Made by a program: the position numbers and the translations under genes. Source: Bacillota bacterium (GTDB taxonomy: Bacteria > Bacillota > UBA4882). From it: a stretch of 46,207 nt of DNA. Location of the stretch: positions 1-46,207 of the forward strand of contig JBMNNY010000001.1 of the NCBI GenBank assembly GCA_050942765.1, given 5' to 3'. The notes under the pieces were generated by a model. It was not told the origin of the DNA, made no database searches, and saw nothing but the letters and a program-made list of their open reading frames with translations. Below, piece by piece: positions 45,427 to 46,207 of the stretch; the stretch's first letter is position 1, and every line of letters starts with the position of its first letter.

Positions 45427-45543
45427 TCGCGATAATCGATAATAAACGCGACAATCGGTAATAACCGCAAAAACCGCAATAACCTCGATAGCCGCAACAA
45501 CCGCGACAACTTCAATAACCGCAACAACCGCGATAACTGCAGT
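45388..45543. repeat. Cryptically simple AATCGC/AACCGC tract running through the vWA stop codon; its last part is nine consecutive 9-nt units (45463-45543)
   Basis: The units are aaccgcaaa / aaccgcaat / aacctcgat / agccgcaac / aaccgcgac / aacttcaat / aaccgcaac / aaccgcgat / aactgcagt, in phase with the vWA reading frame. Confidence 0.9.
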
Positions 45544-45572
45544 TAAAAAGGAAGCAAACTAATGGCGACCAA

Positions 45573-45600
45573 AAAGCCATCACCGCAAGGTGGTGGCTTT
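45573..45600. terminator. Bidirectional terminator between the convergent vWA gene and the 45604-46176 gene
   Basis: The hairpin is AAAGCCATCACC-GCAA-GGTGGTGGCTTT, flanked by A5 upstream and TTTAATTTATTT downstream. Confidence 0.75.
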
Positions 45601-45603
45601 AAT

Positions 45604-46176
45604 TTATTTCCCGGTAATCCGATCCCATAAAGATTTCGTTTTGGGATGGCGGTGGCGGGTATCTCCCCAGCCCTTAATGATCTCCTGAGTGTCGAGAGTC
45701 TCGATCTCGGGCGGCGCCTGCGGATCAGTAATTCCTTTGCGCAACTGCTCATTTTCCCAGGAAAGGCGGCGTAATTCACTTTTGAGAAGCGCGTTTTCCT
45801 CCAGAATAGCACCGCGCGCTCTTTCAAGCAAAGTTGCCTTTTCATAAGATTCGCGGTATTTCTGAGTAATCGATGCTAATTCGGTTTCCGCTTTCATAAG
45901 CTCCTGTAATATAGTTTCACGATTAGTAAGATCCGGCAGGGTGGACGTTTTGGCTCCGGCATCAGCTTCAGTCCCGGCTATGGCGCAGCCATCCCCGGCA
46001 GCCGTGACGGCGGCGGTACTGACTTGAGAGGTTGTCCGGCGTTTCAGCGATAAAAGATAAACTTTCAACTGCTCCGGAGTAACCGGACAGGCAAACCCGT
46101 AATAATCAACCAACTGCTGGAACTCGGCGGGCGTAAAACTCATGCGAATCATAGCCAATAGCATCAATCCTCCCAC
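45604..46176 (-). CDS. Hypothetical coiled-coil protein
   Basis: The central region is heptad-rich (ILQELMKAETELASITQKYRESYEKATLLERARGAILEENALLKSELRRLSWENEQLRKG). The start is ambiguous, with several in-frame start codons (GTG at 46176 and downstream ATGs) near GGGAGG. I recognise no family. Confidence 0.45.
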   Translation of the reverse strand: MGGLMLLAMIRMSFTPAEFQQLVDYYGFACPVTPEQLKVYLLSLKRRTTSQVSTAAVTAAGDGCAIAGTEADAGAKTSTLPDLTNRETILQELMKAETELASITQKYRESYEKATLLERARGAILEENALLKSELRRLSWENEQLRKGITDPQAPPEIETLDTQEIIKGWGDTRHRHPKTKSLWDRITGK

Positions 46177-46207
46177 AGTTTTGGTTGAAGGAATATATCA
46201 CCATTAT

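Noticed and set aside
1-46207. Looked for a mobile element, prophage or defence island (integrase, transposase, tRNA target, restriction, Cas or toxin genes).
   Set aside because: I recognised none. Gene content is core housekeeping with conserved Firmicute synteny. The only mobile-looking items are the short CTGTCCCCAAT-family repeats.

Overview
This window looks like chromosomal, mostly housekeeping DNA from a diderm Firmicute. The gene order is Bacillus/Clostridium-like (ftsE-ftsX-M23 peptidase-Ctp protease-PDZ protein, uvrB-uvrA, then a yvlABCD/liaXYZ-like cluster), the transketolase is split into two ORFs, and there is a signal-peptide beta-barrel porin ending in Phe. Left to right the window holds: the 3' part of a beta-sandwich-repeat surface protein; a tightly coupled 8-gene redox operon (HcnABC/opine-oxidase/proline-dehydrogenase-like Fe-S flavoprotein, polyferredoxin, tungsten-type aldehyde:ferredoxin oxidoreductase, MoaD-like protein); rseP; membrane proteins; a class A PBP; a cell-wall remodelling cluster; transketolase; a YdjM-like gene divergent from uvrB with a Cheo (LexA) box between them; uvrA and uvrC; a DUF2089 plus LiaX/YvlB-like envelope-stress cluster; a HAD hydrolase; a PfkB-like kinase; the porin; PGI/PMI; a ROK glucokinase; a macro-HTH protein; and a small vWA protein. 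I found no tRNA, rRNA, CRISPR array, transposase, integrase or recognisable defence island. Three things seem most worth following up. (1) Locus-specific, cryptically simple stutter tracts sit on or just after many stop codons, and the same texture is inserted in frame into conserved genes (tktB, uvrB, uvrA). (2) A dispersed palindromic repeat family with core CTGTCCCCAAT occurs at two loci. (3) An amino-acid-dehydrogenase-like flavoprotein complex is operon-linked to an AOR. All functional calls come from motif recognition by eye. No database search was run.
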